DNA of 64,000 bases from Saprolegnia diclina VS20 (taxonomy: Eukaryota). A model generated the notes under the pieces. It searched no databases, was not told the DNA's origin, and saw nothing but the letters and a program-made list of their open reading frames with translations. A program made the translations under genes and the position numbers. This document shows, one piece after another, positions 21,501-32,691 of this stretch; the stretch's first letter is position 1; each line of letters starts with the position of its first letter. The DNA lies in the NCBI RefSeq assembly GCF_000281045.1, contig NW_008246103.1:88582-152581 (forward strand), written 5' to 3'.

Positions 21501-23920
21501 CAGATAGACCACCTGCGCAGCAACGCGAAGATGCTAGGGAGAGCATCCAACTGGCTCCGGCCGGGGAGCCACCGACGCACGCGCGACTGCCCGTGACTAC
21601 ACCGTTGATTGCCGAGCATCACGGCTCAAATGCGCCACCGCGAGACTCTTGGACCCAGTCCGGTGCCCATGCGAGCGTCGATTCGTCGCGAGACACATCG
21701 GTCATCCCGATAGTGATGCATCCGCCTCATGGTGGCAGCTCACCACCAGTGGACCCTGCTCGAGCCCTGCGAGACTCCGGTCTTTCAATCCCAGTGACAT
21801 CATCACTGGAGACGCAGGAGATTACCTCGACCAATCCACCGTCTGTCAATGCCCCCGAGGCTGACATGACCCGGCTCTACACGTCTCTTGACGAGGTTAC
21901 GGATTTTTCTACGTTCAACTTCGCGTTGACATCGTTTGAACCGCCCCCGCTACTCCCTCGGGAGGCCACATTGCTTTGGCAAAGGCGGGAGGCTGCGTCC
22001 GCGGAAGCAGGATCCGTGTTTGATGCGCCAAGGATGCGCTCGGTGACCTTCGCCGATGCTACGACCGTCCTTCAATATCATGATGACGAGCCGATCCTCG
22101 AGCAGCAACATGCGCTCGTTCGACAGCGAAATTTGCATGCGGCCAACGGAGCCATGCACACGGCACTTGCCGCACATGCGCCAGTAAATCCACCCATCAC
22201 GACCATCCCGATGGCGATGGTAGTTGGTCCCATTGATGAGCCCGTGCTCTTCGAGGATTGCCCCGGAGCTCATGCTCTGGCAGCTATGGTTAATGACCGA
22301 CTCGAATTTGATGCTGCACCCAACACTTGGGAAGAAGCTATGCGTAGTAGCGAGCGAGACCACTGGCTCGCGGCAGCACACGCCGAATATGCGGCGTTGA
22401 TGCGCAACCGAACGTGGCAGCTGATCAAAAGATCACCCCACATGCGAGTTTTACCTACTCGATGGGTTTTTACCCGAAAGCTCAAAGCTGACGGCTCGAT
22501 CGACCGCTACAAAGCGCGTCTCGTCGTCCAAGGTTTCCGCCAACGTGCGGGCGTCGACTACGACGAAATCTTCAGTCCCGTCGTACGGATGGAGGTCCTA
22601 CGCCTGCTCTTCTCGATAGCGGCTATCGAGGACTACGAGATCATCCAGATGGATGTCCAAACTGCCTTTCTCAATGGCATGATGAACCGGGAATCCCCGA
22701 CGTACGTCAAGCAACCCACTGGGTTTGCAGAGGATCCAACACTCGTGTGTGACCTCATGCGCGCACTCTACGGACTCAAACAGAGTCCGAGAATCTGGTA
22801 CGAGACATTCGTCGAGTTCATGACTTCGATCGGTTTTGTCCGTACGCGCAAAGACCGCTGCGTCTTCACCAAGAAGATCGATGGCCGAATGGTCTACATC
22901 AGTCTCTACGTGGACGATCTTCTGATCTTCGCGCCTACAAAGGCTATTGCGAATGACATTCGTCAAGCTCTGCACCAACGGTTTGCCATGAGCGACCTCG
23001 GTGATGTCGCCTACATTCTGGGCTGGCAGATCGTCCGCGATCGGACTAAGCGCACTGTCTTCATCCACCAGGAGAAGTACATGAAGGAGCTGCTGCACAA
23101 GTACAATTGCCTTCAGGGCAGCGCGTCACCGACGCCGCTACCTCCCGGTCTGGATCTGTCCTCCGTGGAGAAGAACTCGGACCCAACCAAGTTGGCCGAC
23201 ATGGAGAAGCGATTCCCATACCGCTCGGCGGTGGGCTCCCTCATGTACCTTGTACTGGGGACGCGCCCGGATCTTGCTCATGCTGTACAACAGCTGAGCC
23301 AGTATCTCAACAAGACTGCGATGGGCCACTACAAGGCTGTAAAGTCCGTGCTTGCGTACATTCGCGGCACGATGACCATGGGTATCACCCTTGGGGGTCA
23401 GAACTCGACCTACGAGCAGCCACTTGAGGCCTACGTCGATGCCGACTACGCCAAGTGTACTGACACTCGTCGCTGCATAAGCGGATACATCACGCGCTTC
23501 TACGGCAGCCCCATCTCGTGGCTTGCTAAGAAGCAGCCGACAGTCGCACTGTCGACGACCGAAGCGGAGTACACAGCTCTCGCGAGCTGTCTCCAAGAGG
23601 GCTTGTATCTCAAGCACCTGCTACGCGATTTAGGGTACGACCTCACGGCGCCCATCAAGATCCATGAGGACAACCTCAGTACGATCAAAATTGCCAAGAA
23701 CCCCGAGTTCCATGGCCGCACGAAGCATATTGACGTCAAGTACTTCTTCGTGAAGGAGCTCGTCGAAGCACACACATTCGATGTGGTGTACTGCTCGACC
23801 AAGTCGCAAATTGCTGACATTTTTACAAAGGCGCTGCCCAAGGACCAGTTCCGGGTTTTGCGAGCCAAGCTTGGCGTCGATGTCCCCGCGACTCCGCCCT
23901 CGACCACTGGTCGATACTAG
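18500..23920 (+). CDS. pol: Copia polyprotein (protease, integrase, reverse transcriptase, RNase H); start uncertain
   Basis: WIVDSGAS (PR); HRRLGH..CDVC, VHTDMWGP, GDNAREY, QQNGMAER (IN); RYKARLV, QMDVQTAFLNG, LYVDDLL (RT); YVDADYA, STTEAEY, RTKHID, ADIFTKAL (RH); no internal stops. Confidence 0.95.
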   Translation, partial: GYEPNYAILDYELEQWQLESCCFHEFPFRGRSSPALHAPAATDPALLGGTKCRYCCFAFHKQHSHHTDDCRFLARAFDNDMVPRNFELPRALATLQRTRLQSLNPKGPGRQKRKERYNSDFARSCEKRRREACSDDDPDYRYSRQVEHDSRSSGGNALQNRAQRAGSRTTNESGRQAISSFLGDLPRSPTTARAGRVHALVTPTPSMAPTASPPPGAAEAGGTTTMSGMPSVEVTEPPQDEDVDMSPDGPVPSEDVVPDLERGNAGDLATTVDLDELLFGEPSRLDGPMYLGTLPATPTIRYCGMASNNPGEYALITPTSRKMVFSENPVPREWIVDSGASAHCTPRMDWFTEYLAYTSYLRVGDNHGLLVMGIGTVTFTVTTTDSNGETFTQRISLRNVLHVPNLKFNLFSVGASFNDHIQPDFRSEDYCRLRLRGSTNDQYISACRDASTRLYSFKTDTAPGIISAVRGSDPTEDGNHRALVTLRETIKSRLRVSYVAPTDELHGIIQYSARTGPADTSLCFLADGYYTDCPMDGSDLHIGHSGDRDLLPRSVEDYISLASVTDIANPEMHVALNAFRVLKPLHRRLGHIGDAAMRTLIRDHPELAKFSGTGRMPSHNCDVCIQAKSKRLPFPKESMTPPATTPLARVHTDMWGPVKIPTPSGATYFVVFIDEATHYLWTYLLESRSEIYKVYETFRADARAVFRKDPESLTYTEYHDIQMLQGDNAREYEKLGRDIFAKYNTRMVYSNAYSPQQNGMAERMMGTLLCRVRALLIDAALPKFMWGAALSHATHLLNITPTEANDGRTPFFMVHKHHASLAHLRVFGCTAWVHVQAAARADKLEPRALRCVYIGVPKDHKGFQLMNPSTHRVVFSRDVRFREEEFPPIASIEDAALARQRKPARTGHPNGPPVQSSGNEPATTSITSTLAGASGAPNPSLGPSSSPQPAATSSPGANIADDTHRYADWQPVAGQSRPATARPTWSSPPAVFGRLAPVHAADRPPAQQREDARESIQLAPAGEPPTHARLPVTTPLIAEHHGSNAPPRDSWTQSGAHASVDSSRDTSVIPIVMHPPHGGSSPPVDPARALRDSGLSIPVTSSLETQEITSTNPPSVNAPEADMTRLYTSLDEVTDFSTFNFALTSFEPPPLLPREATLLWQRREAASAEAGSVFDAPRMRSVTFADATTVLQYHDDEPILEQQHALVRQRNLHAANGAMHTALAAHAPVNPPITTIPMAMVVGPIDEPVLFEDCPGAHALAAMVNDRLEFDAAPNTWEEAMRSSERDHWLAAAHAEYAALMRNRTWQLIKRSPHMRVLPTRWVFTRKLKADGSIDRYKARLVVQGFRQRAGVDYDEIFSPVVRMEVLRLLFSIAAIEDYEIIQMDVQTAFLNGMMNRESPTYVKQPTGFAEDPTLVCDLMRALYGLKQSPRIWYETFVEFMTSIGFVRTRKDRCVFTKKIDGRMVYISLYVDDLLIFAPTKAIANDIRQALHQRFAMSDLGDVAYILGWQIVRDRTKRTVFIHQEKYMKELLHKYNCLQGSASPTPLPPGLDLSSVEKNSDPTKLADMEKRFPYRSAVGSLMYLVLGTRPDLAHAVQQLSQYLNKTAMGHYKAVKSVLAYIRGTMTMGITLGGQNSTYEQPLEAYVDADYAKCTDTRRCISGYITRFYGSPISWLAKKQPTVALSTTEAEYTALASCLQEGLYLKHLLRDLGYDLTAPIKIHEDNLSTIKIAKNPEFHGRTKHIDVKYFFVKELVEAHTFDVVYCSTKSQIADIFTKALPKDQFRVLRAKLGVDVPATPPSTTGRY

Positions 23921-24163
23921 CCCGTTGCATTGGTGCACGGTGCTGTTGCAGTCATGGTCCCGGCCATGATCTGTATCACATGCCAGCATCTATGTATGTC
24001 TGTCTGCATGTTTGTCTGTCTTTTGACGTCTGTGCCCCGACGCTTGTCCTCCGGGAGGCTGGGGGTCCCACGTTTTCTGCCAAGTTGGCATACGTGGCAC
24101 GCTGGTAGGACTCCAAGGTCTACCACCACAGAGTCTCATTCCGAGTTGTCACCACGTGTGCAC

Positions 24164-24173
24164 TTGGGGAGGC
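24164..24173 (+). other. Polypurine tract
   Basis: ttggggaggc immediately before the 3' LTR. Confidence 0.7.
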
Positions 24174-24537
24174 TGTGAAGAACGCAACTCCACACGTTCG
24201 TTCGCCAACTCGAAGACCTCGACTCTTCGTTGGTTTTTGGCCGTTGGATCCCTTCACCGGTAGATCCGAGTGGTTTTCACCAGCCCTCGTGGCGGTTTCC
24301 ACTCACGAGGATGGTTCTTTTTCCTTTCTTCACTGGAAGGTTTTTACCACTCGACCTCACTATACCAGTCTCCGTAATATCAATATATTCCGGAGCAGGT
24401 CGTGAGCAGCCTTCGTGGCCTCACTTCCACTTCCTGCCTCTCGGACACACTCCTCATCGGGTGTGCGGTTCTGGTTCTTCCTCTTCTTCCTCTTTCTCTC
24501 TGCCGAGTGCTTCACTAGCCCAGCTGCTAGTTTGTTA
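24174..24537 (+). repeat. 3' LTR
   Basis: Copy of 18136-18499, followed by TSD AGCAC. Confidence 0.95.
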
Positions 24538-25069
24538 AGCACAATTTGCCCAACAGCGAGCCATGCTACGACTCGTGCTTGGCATGGAAGGTCTCGGCGG
24601 CTTGGAAGCGTTTTGCAATAAGATATCCGCATCTTCTCGTTCGCGGCCCTTTTTTGTTCATAAATTAACTGACGACAGGTGCGTGTCCCTCCAGGTGTCC
24701 CTCTATTGCATGCTTAATAGTCGCCTCGCGACATTGTGCACAAGGCAGCGTTGAGGATCTTGGAGAGTAAATTTTTCCACGTGAATGGAAAAATATCGAG
24801 CAGTGTCAAGGCAGCCCTCGACGACCACAAAGTGCTTTTCTTCATAAAAGCGAGGCTCCGTTGGGAGTGGCCTGAAAGCGGGGCGTCCAACCCGCTTGTA
24901 CAGTATTGCATTTACAAGCAGACGAGCACGAGCAGAGGGCCGAACATACTGTACCTCGGGTGCGTCCTTGGCCTGGCTCGCAAGGAAATTCGGGCCTTCA
25001 CTTGTGACCCCTGGCGAAGCTCAAAGTCAAAGCCGCTGCGGCAGATTCGGCGGCACGATATAAAACAAC

Positions 25070-25120
25070 CGTTTACCCAGATCACACGTTTACCCAGATC
25101 ACACGTTTACCCAGATCACA
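25070..25120. repeat. 17-bp tandem repeat x3
   Basis: (cgtttacccagatcaca)3, perfect. Confidence 0.95.
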
Positions 25121-25539
25121 CCTGCCAAGGCCCGTCGCCGGCACACCAGAAGCTATCAATCAGACGACAGTGCGTCGATGACAACTTCTATTATGCCTGC
25201 CGACGTCACCTCTGCAGGCGAGTTCTAATTCTCCAACAACTCTCTAGGGCTACCTTTTCAACGCCCAATGCGACCTACCCGCGCTCATCGCGTGAGTTTG
25301 ATTCTTTGTGCAAAAATTCGCATACATGAAAGCAAAACAAAGGTAAAAGGGACCGCATCCAAGTTGTCATGAATCATGACACTTGGATGTATGAAATTGA
25401 AAAGAAGAAATATTCGGGAGAAATAGCAGGAGCGTAGTAAAACGTGAAAAATGTTCAGTATGCTTGTCTGGAGTGTGGTAAGAGTGCATAATGCTGTGTT
25501 TTGTGATGGTATGTTGAAGGAAAGTGATAGGAAATGACG

Positions 25540-25639
25540 NNNNNNNNNNNNNNNNNNNNNNNNNNNNNNNNNNNNNNNNNNNNNNNNNNNNNNNNNNNNN
25601 NNNNNNNNNNNNNNNNNNNNNNNNNNNNNNNNNNNNNNN
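25540..25639. other. Assembly gap (100 N)
   Basis: Run of N. Confidence 1.
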
Positions 25640-27950
25640 GTTGCTGGCATCGGTCGCAGCGATGACAATGATGTACAGTATGACGAGCAACTTCGTCCGA
25701 GCTACAACACAATTTGAAAACGACACTTGGATATTGGAGATAACCCATAAAATAGGTTCCTCGAAGCTACTTGGAGCAACAACCATGTTGGTGTCCACCA
25801 TGCCAGAGGTGGGCGAGGCGGGTTAGCTTTGACTAAGACTATAAATCGCGAATTGCTCGACCTCGCCAGCTCTGCGCCTGGATCTTGTGAGTGTGCTTCC
25901 ATGGCGATTTGAGGCTGTCAAGCAGGCCGGCCGACCGCTTCAATGCATGAGGTCCAGACTCTCTTGTCTCGGGTCTCTCCCTGTACACAACCCTCAACAA
26001 GTGTCCGGTGAAAAGACATCGATCGCTCTGGAGCCGGCAACGATGGACATGGGTAGACGTATGACACTCGAGCACGTCGACATTCGCTTTCTCCGTTCTC
26101 TCACCCTGCTACACATCGCGATTCAGCAAAAAAGAGCGTTCGAAAGCGTAGCTTTTCGTCGTCTCGGCCGTGTGCGGTGTGGCGAATATTGCCCCGTACC
26201 GCGCGGGTTGCATGAAACCAGCACCCAAACTAACATTCCCGTATGCAACAATGAGGGTCGGACACAGAACAGAGTCCATCGCTCCGTCTTGGTCTTCTTC
26301 TCTCGCACCAGTAGGAGCTGTTTTTCGTAAGATAGGAGCAGTGTAGCTGCACAGCTGCTAGAGGTCGAGTGCATTCAAATGGAGCCGCGAGGGATGACTT
26401 CGATCATCACTACATTTGAGACAAAACAACAAGCAACCACGAAGCAGAAGATGACGACAAAGGCGAGAAGTCATCGATAGGAAGGGAGAAGACGCGCATG
26501 CCTGCAACAACTTGGTGCTGCGTTTGGCAAGGTGTACAAATCAATTTTGCGGGCGCCCCATTCCGAGCGCTCCTGGCCGCACAATGTGCACAGAATAACG
26601 TCAGGGATCCTGCAACATGTGGCAGAAACACGAGAATCATCAAACCAGAAACAATCGCACAGGCAAATTTCTCATGAAAACGACCAAAAGTAGAAGCGCG
26701 GTGGCATATTCGTGTAGTCATCACGCATTACACCCGATCAACCAGTCGATAAACTTTCTGGCCGATTTGTGCAAGCAGCATCGACGGCGCTGCGACATCA
26801 AAGGCGCGCTAATACACTGTCGCACAGCAGCCAGTGCATGAATATTGCTCGCCAGCATGGTCGCATCGTCATCCTTCTACACGCTTGGCACGACTCGCTC
26901 GACGTAGTGATGCCATTATTATCATATACTGGTACAACGTTCAACGCACACTCACCCACCCTGACCTCGAGTCATGGGGTGGAGACCCCAAAGAGATGAC
27001 GACCGTGATGAAGACCTATCGGTCCATAATTGCGCGTCTATGGCGCAGAGATACCATAGGTAATGGCGCTACTCGCTTCTGCTTGCCCGACAAACCACAC
27101 CTGCATGCCCTATGATTGCGGCTACGCAGTGGCACTGCGGCATCACGCGATCCTCTTTTGTGCGACGTTGTCGACGCTATTGCTGACTGATACCTCGCAT
27201 TCATAATACAGCGTTCTGCAGATGGCCACGCGGTGGACGAGTTGTTTAGTGTCTTCGTAGCAATTCGCCAAAACACTGAAACTCGGTTTCTTTCGTAGAG
27301 GTTTCATTGCGTAACACGTCATATGGTCGGATTGGTACCCAATTCTCGACCGCATACCACTGGATGTGCGGTTGTCAACGCCCGAACGCCCATTTCGGTG
27401 CGAAAGGAAAGTCGATAACCACAAGCTTACCTCGGTGCTCGATGGTTGGGAAGCTCGGTTGTGGATAAACAACAACTACATGTATACCCTTGCCCAACCA
27501 CATCTCACCAACAGTTTGCGCTTGCATTTTTGAGAGCGACTCGGTGCAGGACATCCGACGCCACGTACACGAGCAAAATACTGCCGTGCCATGAGGCACG
27601 AAGGATTTTGCTACAGGCACGAGCGATGGCGTGACGCAGCGGCGTAGTAAACCATTTATGGACATCTCTGGCACAGGAAAGCAGTTGGCAACCCGACTTG
27701 ATTGTCCACGGCCACACCGAGGGACCTTCGTATGGTGCGGTGTACCCATCGCTTCAAGACGGCATGCAACGCATCAGCACCGCACGGCGTCTCTTTACCG
27801 ACTGTCTCAAGCGCCAGCCGTTGCCAGATCATCCTCCTGGGCGCGTTGCAGCAGCTTGTTGCAAAAGCACGCACAACATCCAGACAATAGGATCGACAAG
27901 GAGAAAAAGAAGAAGACGAAGCTTCGGTCGTACTTTCAAATTTGCCAAGT

Positions 27951-28481
27951 ATGATGAAAATGATGACAAGCCTCGAGACGACGTGCCTCTTTGCCGACTG
28001 CGCCAAGCCCATCGTGCCCGGCACGGAGAAATGTGCGTCCCATAAGAACAAGATCAAGTGCTCGATCGAGGGCTGCCCCAACCAAGTCTACGCCCGGTAC
28101 CTCTGCGTCCGCCATGGCGGCAAGAAGCAGTGCAAGTCGCTTGGTTGCGGCGCCTTTGCTCGCGGCGGTCCGTACTGTGTCCAGCACGGCGGCGTCGCAG
28201 CCAAGCGCTTCTGCACCGAGCCGGGCTGCCATCGCCAAGCCCATGCGCGCCACAAGTGCGTTCGCCACGGTGGTGGCCGACAGTGCAAACTCAGCGGATG
28301 TGGCAGCCACGCACGCCTCTCTGGCTACTGTGACGCGCACACGTCGTCACGGACAGAATCGTTCGAGACAATCGACGAGTACACGCTGCTGCTCTGCGCG
28401 TCGGTGACGCCCATGCCGTTTGAGCCGTCGCGCTCGCTCTTTGCCCCGATTGACATGGACGTCTTGCAGCTCTTGTGCTAA
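27951..28481 (+). CDS. WRKY19-like zinc-finger repeat protein, copy 1
   Basis: Five C-x4-C-x9/10-C-x2-H(GG) units, e.g. CSIEGCPNQVYARYLCVRHGG; exact start Met uncertain. Confidence 0.85.
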   Translation: MMKMMTSLETTCLFADCAKPIVPGTEKCASHKNKIKCSIEGCPNQVYARYLCVRHGGKKQCKSLGCGAFARGGPYCVQHGGVAAKRFCTEPGCHRQAHARHKCVRHGGGRQCKLSGCGSHARLSGYCDAHTSSRTESFETIDEYTLLLCASVTPMPFEPSRSLFAPIDMDVLQLLC

Positions 28482-29315
28482 GACATTCAAGTGGAAGCAG
28501 CTTGTATTTATATCAATAGACCACTAACGTTATACCGTACGATCGGCGAGTGTTGTTACTACCGTGATCGTGCGCGCTGGCGACCGACGATCGTGAGACG
28601 CCTATAAGCCATCAAGCGATAGATCATCCATTTGAGGAAATCGAGTTAAAACGGGTGGTCTACTCTGGAAAGACGTCGTTCCGCACCTTGGAAGGTTACT
28701 GCCAGAACTTGGTCGAAACCAAAGTTAGCACTGTGCTGCAGTGCTTGGCCATCGATCGTTCCATATTTGTACAGATATGAGTAGCCAGTCACCTAGTAGT
28801 GGGTTGGAGACTCTGCAGTATCCGTTGGTTGTGACTCGTACATGTTGATGCCAGTGTTGACGAGGCTTGCACTCACACCACGGTGAGCTGATGTTGGTAG
28901 ATGGTCGTCGTTGGGTGATCACTGCTTTCGCCAGTGGCGGCGATCCTATGAGATGGGTGGGTTTTGTTACCGATGCGTCGCGAATGAGACTGAGGAGGAG
29001 CCGTGTGTACGCTGTTGCAAGATGGCAATCTCGCTCGGATGGCGCGTGGGCTCGGCAAAGGTGCTGCGATGTAATGGTCGCGTTCCGCCCAGAGATCATT
29101 CGCCCCACTGGGTTTTGCGGCCCATCAATGCCAGGCTCGCCGACCACATCCCAAAATGCCGGGCACCGATTGGCGGAATAGTGTATATCGTCAGAATCGT
29201 TGAAAGGCTTTTGGTGCCAGTGCGCCCGAGGCATCGAGCTTGATAGTTCCAGCACGCCGACGCGGTGCTCTGCGTTCATTCCCACTTTCAAAGTTGACGC
29301 CTCCTTCTCGGTCGC

Positions 29316-29942
29316 ATGCCGCCGTCGACCGTGTGCACCTTTACTGAGTGCAGCCGCCCGGCGATGCCCGACTCCAACAAGTGTGTCGTCCACAAGAACA
29401 AGCTCAAGTGCTCACGCGACGGCTGCCACAACCAGGTCTACGCCCGGTACCTCTGCGTACGACACGGCGGGAAGAAGCAGTGCCAAGTACCCAGTTGCCG
29501 CGCGTCTGTCAGCCGTGGCGTGTTCTGCACTGATCATGGCGGAGGCGTCGCCAAGCGTCTCTGCACGGAGCCCGGTTGCAACAGCCAGGCCCACGCCCGC
29601 TACAAGTGTGTGCGCCACGGCGGCGGTCGCGGCTGCAGACACAAGGGCGGATGTCCCATGTACGCTCGGTACGGCGGTTTCTGCCGGCGCCACGCTACAG
29701 ACAGCGTCATGACCAAGCGCGAGGAGCCCGCACTGGTGACGGTGCCCTTTTTTTCAACGCCTGCGCCGCTCGAAAAGTCAGCGAGCGATGGGCCCATGGA
29801 CGACAGCACGCTCTATCATGCGATCGACAATGCGATCTTGACCTTGCTCTGCGACTCGCTCGCGTCGATTTCGCAAGGGCAGTCCGGTATTCCGTGGAGC
29901 TGTCTTGTCGACGATGCTCCGGCGTGCTCCTTCTCGAGGTAG
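29316..29942 (+). CDS. WRKY19-like zinc-finger repeat protein, copy 2
   Basis: Same five fingers (CSRDGCHNQVYARYLCVRHGG). Confidence 0.85.
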   Translation: MPPSTVCTFTECSRPAMPDSNKCVVHKNKLKCSRDGCHNQVYARYLCVRHGGKKQCQVPSCRASVSRGVFCTDHGGGVAKRLCTEPGCNSQAHARYKCVRHGGGRGCRHKGGCPMYARYGGFCRRHATDSVMTKREEPALVTVPFFSTPAPLEKSASDGPMDDSTLYHAIDNAILTLLCDSLASISQGQSGIPWSCLVDDAPACSFSR

Positions 29943-30496
29943 CTGCGATGCAAAGCATCCAGTTCAATTTATGCAACGAATAAACCTTCGTGTCCTTTCT
30001 TTCAGTACTATGAGTACCCAACAATGTCTCTTGGCGTCCGATACGGTTCGTCGATGCAAGTTGGATCAGCAGGGAGGAATGCTGCTTTCCGCGATCGCAA
30101 GCAGTAGCACAATTCACAAGTTGATGTGGCAACCGCAATGCTACTTGTTGAAGATTCGTGCTGGTCGACTGCACGACACTGCTCGGAGGCGTGCAATGCA
30201 CGCCTATTTCGTGAGCTTGTCCAAAACTCTTGTAGCGATCGTACTTCACGCACACCTTGTGTTGTGGTCCACACGCCGATGGCGGCAGTGGAGGCGATGC
30301 AGGATATTTTGCTGGATTGGGCCCATCGCGACAATCAACCATCATTCTACGATTCTGTGATTGGTTCACCTGGCTTCTGGCGACAGCTGGTGCGATTGCA
30401 AAACAGCGTTTTGAGTCGACCTCAAGAAGCCGACGAGTCCGTGGCGCATGCACTTTTCGACTTTGCACCAAGTACCAACTCCTTCAACACGACAAT

Positions 30497-31198
30497 ATGA
30501 CCCCCATGGATGATGTTGTCTGCTCGTTTGCGGGCTGCAACCAGCCGCGTCGGTTTGGCTCCACCAAGTGCGTCACGCATCGCAACAAGCTCCAGTGCAC
30601 CTTTGAAGGCTGCAAGAACCAAGTGTACGCCCGGTACCTCTGCATCCGCCATGGCGGCAAAAAGCAGTGTGAGCACAGCGGCTGCGACGCGCCTGTGCAC
30701 CGAGGAGCGTTTTGCGTCGGCCACGGCGGTGTCGTCGTCAAGCGCTACTGCACGGAACCGGGCTGCAGTCGCCAAGCCCACGCCCGGTACAAGTGTGTGC
30801 GGCACGGTGGCGGCCGCACATGCAAAGAAGCTGGCTGCGACGTGCACGCACGGGCGAGTGGCTACTGCCGGCGCCACACGGCCCGACCCAGCGCGAGTGG
30901 GACGCCTTCTATCATCAAGAAGGCCGACTTGGCAGCCCACATCAACGCCGAGCTGCAGCGCGTTGGCGCCAAAGTCGCCAACCTCATGACCCTTGCCGCC
31001 CTCGACGACCCGACACCGCCTGTTGCGTGCGAGGAGACTGCGCTTGACGCCTCGATTCTGGATATTCTCTGCGACGCGCCGCTCTTTGGCGAGGACTGCG
31101 ACGTGCTGCTGCTTCTTGGTGCAGAGAGCGATACTTTGACGCCAACACTGCTTCCATCCGTGGACTGGGCATCGACAGAGTTCAACATTGCAATTTAA
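30497..31198 (+). CDS. WRKY19-like zinc-finger repeat protein, copy 3
   Basis: MTPMDDVVCSFAGC..., same five fingers. Confidence 0.85.
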   Translation: MTPMDDVVCSFAGCNQPRRFGSTKCVTHRNKLQCTFEGCKNQVYARYLCIRHGGKKQCEHSGCDAPVHRGAFCVGHGGVVVKRYCTEPGCSRQAHARYKCVRHGGGRTCKEAGCDVHARASGYCRRHTARPSASGTPSIIKKADLAAHINAELQRVGAKVANLMTLAALDDPTPPVACEETALDASILDILCDAPLFGEDCDVLLLLGAESDTLTPTLLPSVDWASTEFNIAI

Positions 31199-32076
31199 TC
31201 GAGTGTAGAGTAGTAGTCTATCATATAATTGCGTTGGAGGAAGCCATTGGTCCGTACTGCAACCCAAGTCCTACAGGCAGCATGGAGATACTCGTCCTAT
31301 CATGCGATTACACACCTACATCGAGAGGAAGCCAACGCGTGCCGCAGTGCGTCTAGCCTATCATCAGTCGTCCTTCCTGCCGCGCTATTATTTATGCACT
31401 TAGCGACCATCCATCATCACTTGTGGCAAATTCAGCGACGCTGCATCTCCGTCGACGTTTCTTCCCGTGATCGGTATCATCTCTCAAATATGGCTACTCG
31501 TGAGTGCTCTATGCACTGCAGGAAGTGGCAGAGCATTCGAATGTGCTCGCATCGTTGGCGCGAATCTGCGGTGCATAGACCAGCGTATCGTCTGTTGCGT
31601 GGGTGCGCAGCTGCCACCGCTGCTTCGGTTGGCAGTCTCACGTATGCACTCTGTCGGCGATCACAGCCACGGGTATATCACAGTAGACAACGACGTTCTC
31701 TCTCCAGTGTTCTCTCTCAAGTTGTACAATTGTAGTCGAAACCAACAAGCAAATTCGTGTTTGTCGCGTCGCCTTCTTTGCCCCGTGTGCCTCGGTGGCA
31801 GCAGGTCTTCTACGAACCCAAGTTCATCGCGTGCATCCCAATATCACGGCGGTGCAGAATACCAGTACCTCCTCTCTTCCCGCTACTCGCAGCGTGGAGA
31901 TTGAACTTGGGCGTGACGCATACCGATCCTTGTGGCGCCAAGACAAGGTTGCACACCGCTGGGTTCAGTGCGATGCCATGACACGCTTACGTAGGAGGAG
32001 TGGGGCCGACCAGTCACATTCGAGCACCATCGTTTTATCGTCTCACTTCGAAATCTTCTTCTCGCTGCCGAGTAGC

Positions 32077-32691
32077 ATGACCTGCACTTTCTTGGGCTGC
32101 GACCGACCGGCTGTGCCCGGCACCGCGCGTTGCGTCTCGCACAAGAACAAGATCAAGTGCTCGATTGACGGCTGCACCAACCAAGTCTACGCCCGGTACC
32201 TCTGCGTTCGCCATGGTGGCAAGAAGCAGTGCCAAATGCTCGGCTGCGACGCGGCCGTCACGCGCGGGTCGTTCTGCGTGGAGCACGGCGGCTCGGCCGC
32301 CAAGCGCTACTGCATCGAACTCGGCTGCGACCGCCAGGCACACGCTCGGTTTCGCTGTGTCCGCCATGGTGGCGGTCGCCACTGCAAAGTGGAGGGCTGC
32401 AACCTCCATGCGCGGTCCTCTGGCGCGTGCCACCGCCACATGCCGCCCCGCAACGGCACCAAGACCAAGAAAAGCCACGCGCTGTCCCGCCGAACACGAC
32501 CAGCGCTCTGTAGCACCGACCACGTCTTGTCTTATGACGTTAGCGCGCTCCCGGCGTGGACGACACCACTCGATGGCATCGACTACTCGATTCTCAACTT
32601 GCTTTGTGAAGCACCCAAGCTCTTGGCAGGTCGTGGCAACAGTCCTCGCAGCGCGCCGTACGAGAGCTCATTCTGTCGATATGGCGGATAA
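32077..32691 (+). CDS. WRKY19-like zinc-finger repeat protein, copy 4
   Basis: MTCTFLGC..., same five fingers. Confidence 0.85.
   Translation: MTCTFLGCDRPAVPGTARCVSHKNKIKCSIDGCTNQVYARYLCVRHGGKKQCQMLGCDAAVTRGSFCVEHGGSAAKRYCIELGCDRQAHARFRCVRHGGGRHCKVEGCNLHARSSGACHRHMPPRNGTKTKKSHALSRRTRPALCSTDHVLSYDVSALPAWTTPLDGIDYSILNLLCEAPKLLAGRGNSPRSAPYESSFCRYGG

Larger units (their letters stand above)
18136..24537 (+). mobile_element. Full-length Ty1/copia LTR retrotransposon
   Basis: Two 364-bp LTRs, AGCAC target-site duplication (18131-18135, 24538-24542), PBS, PPT, PR-IN-RT-RH domain order. Confidence 0.97.
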
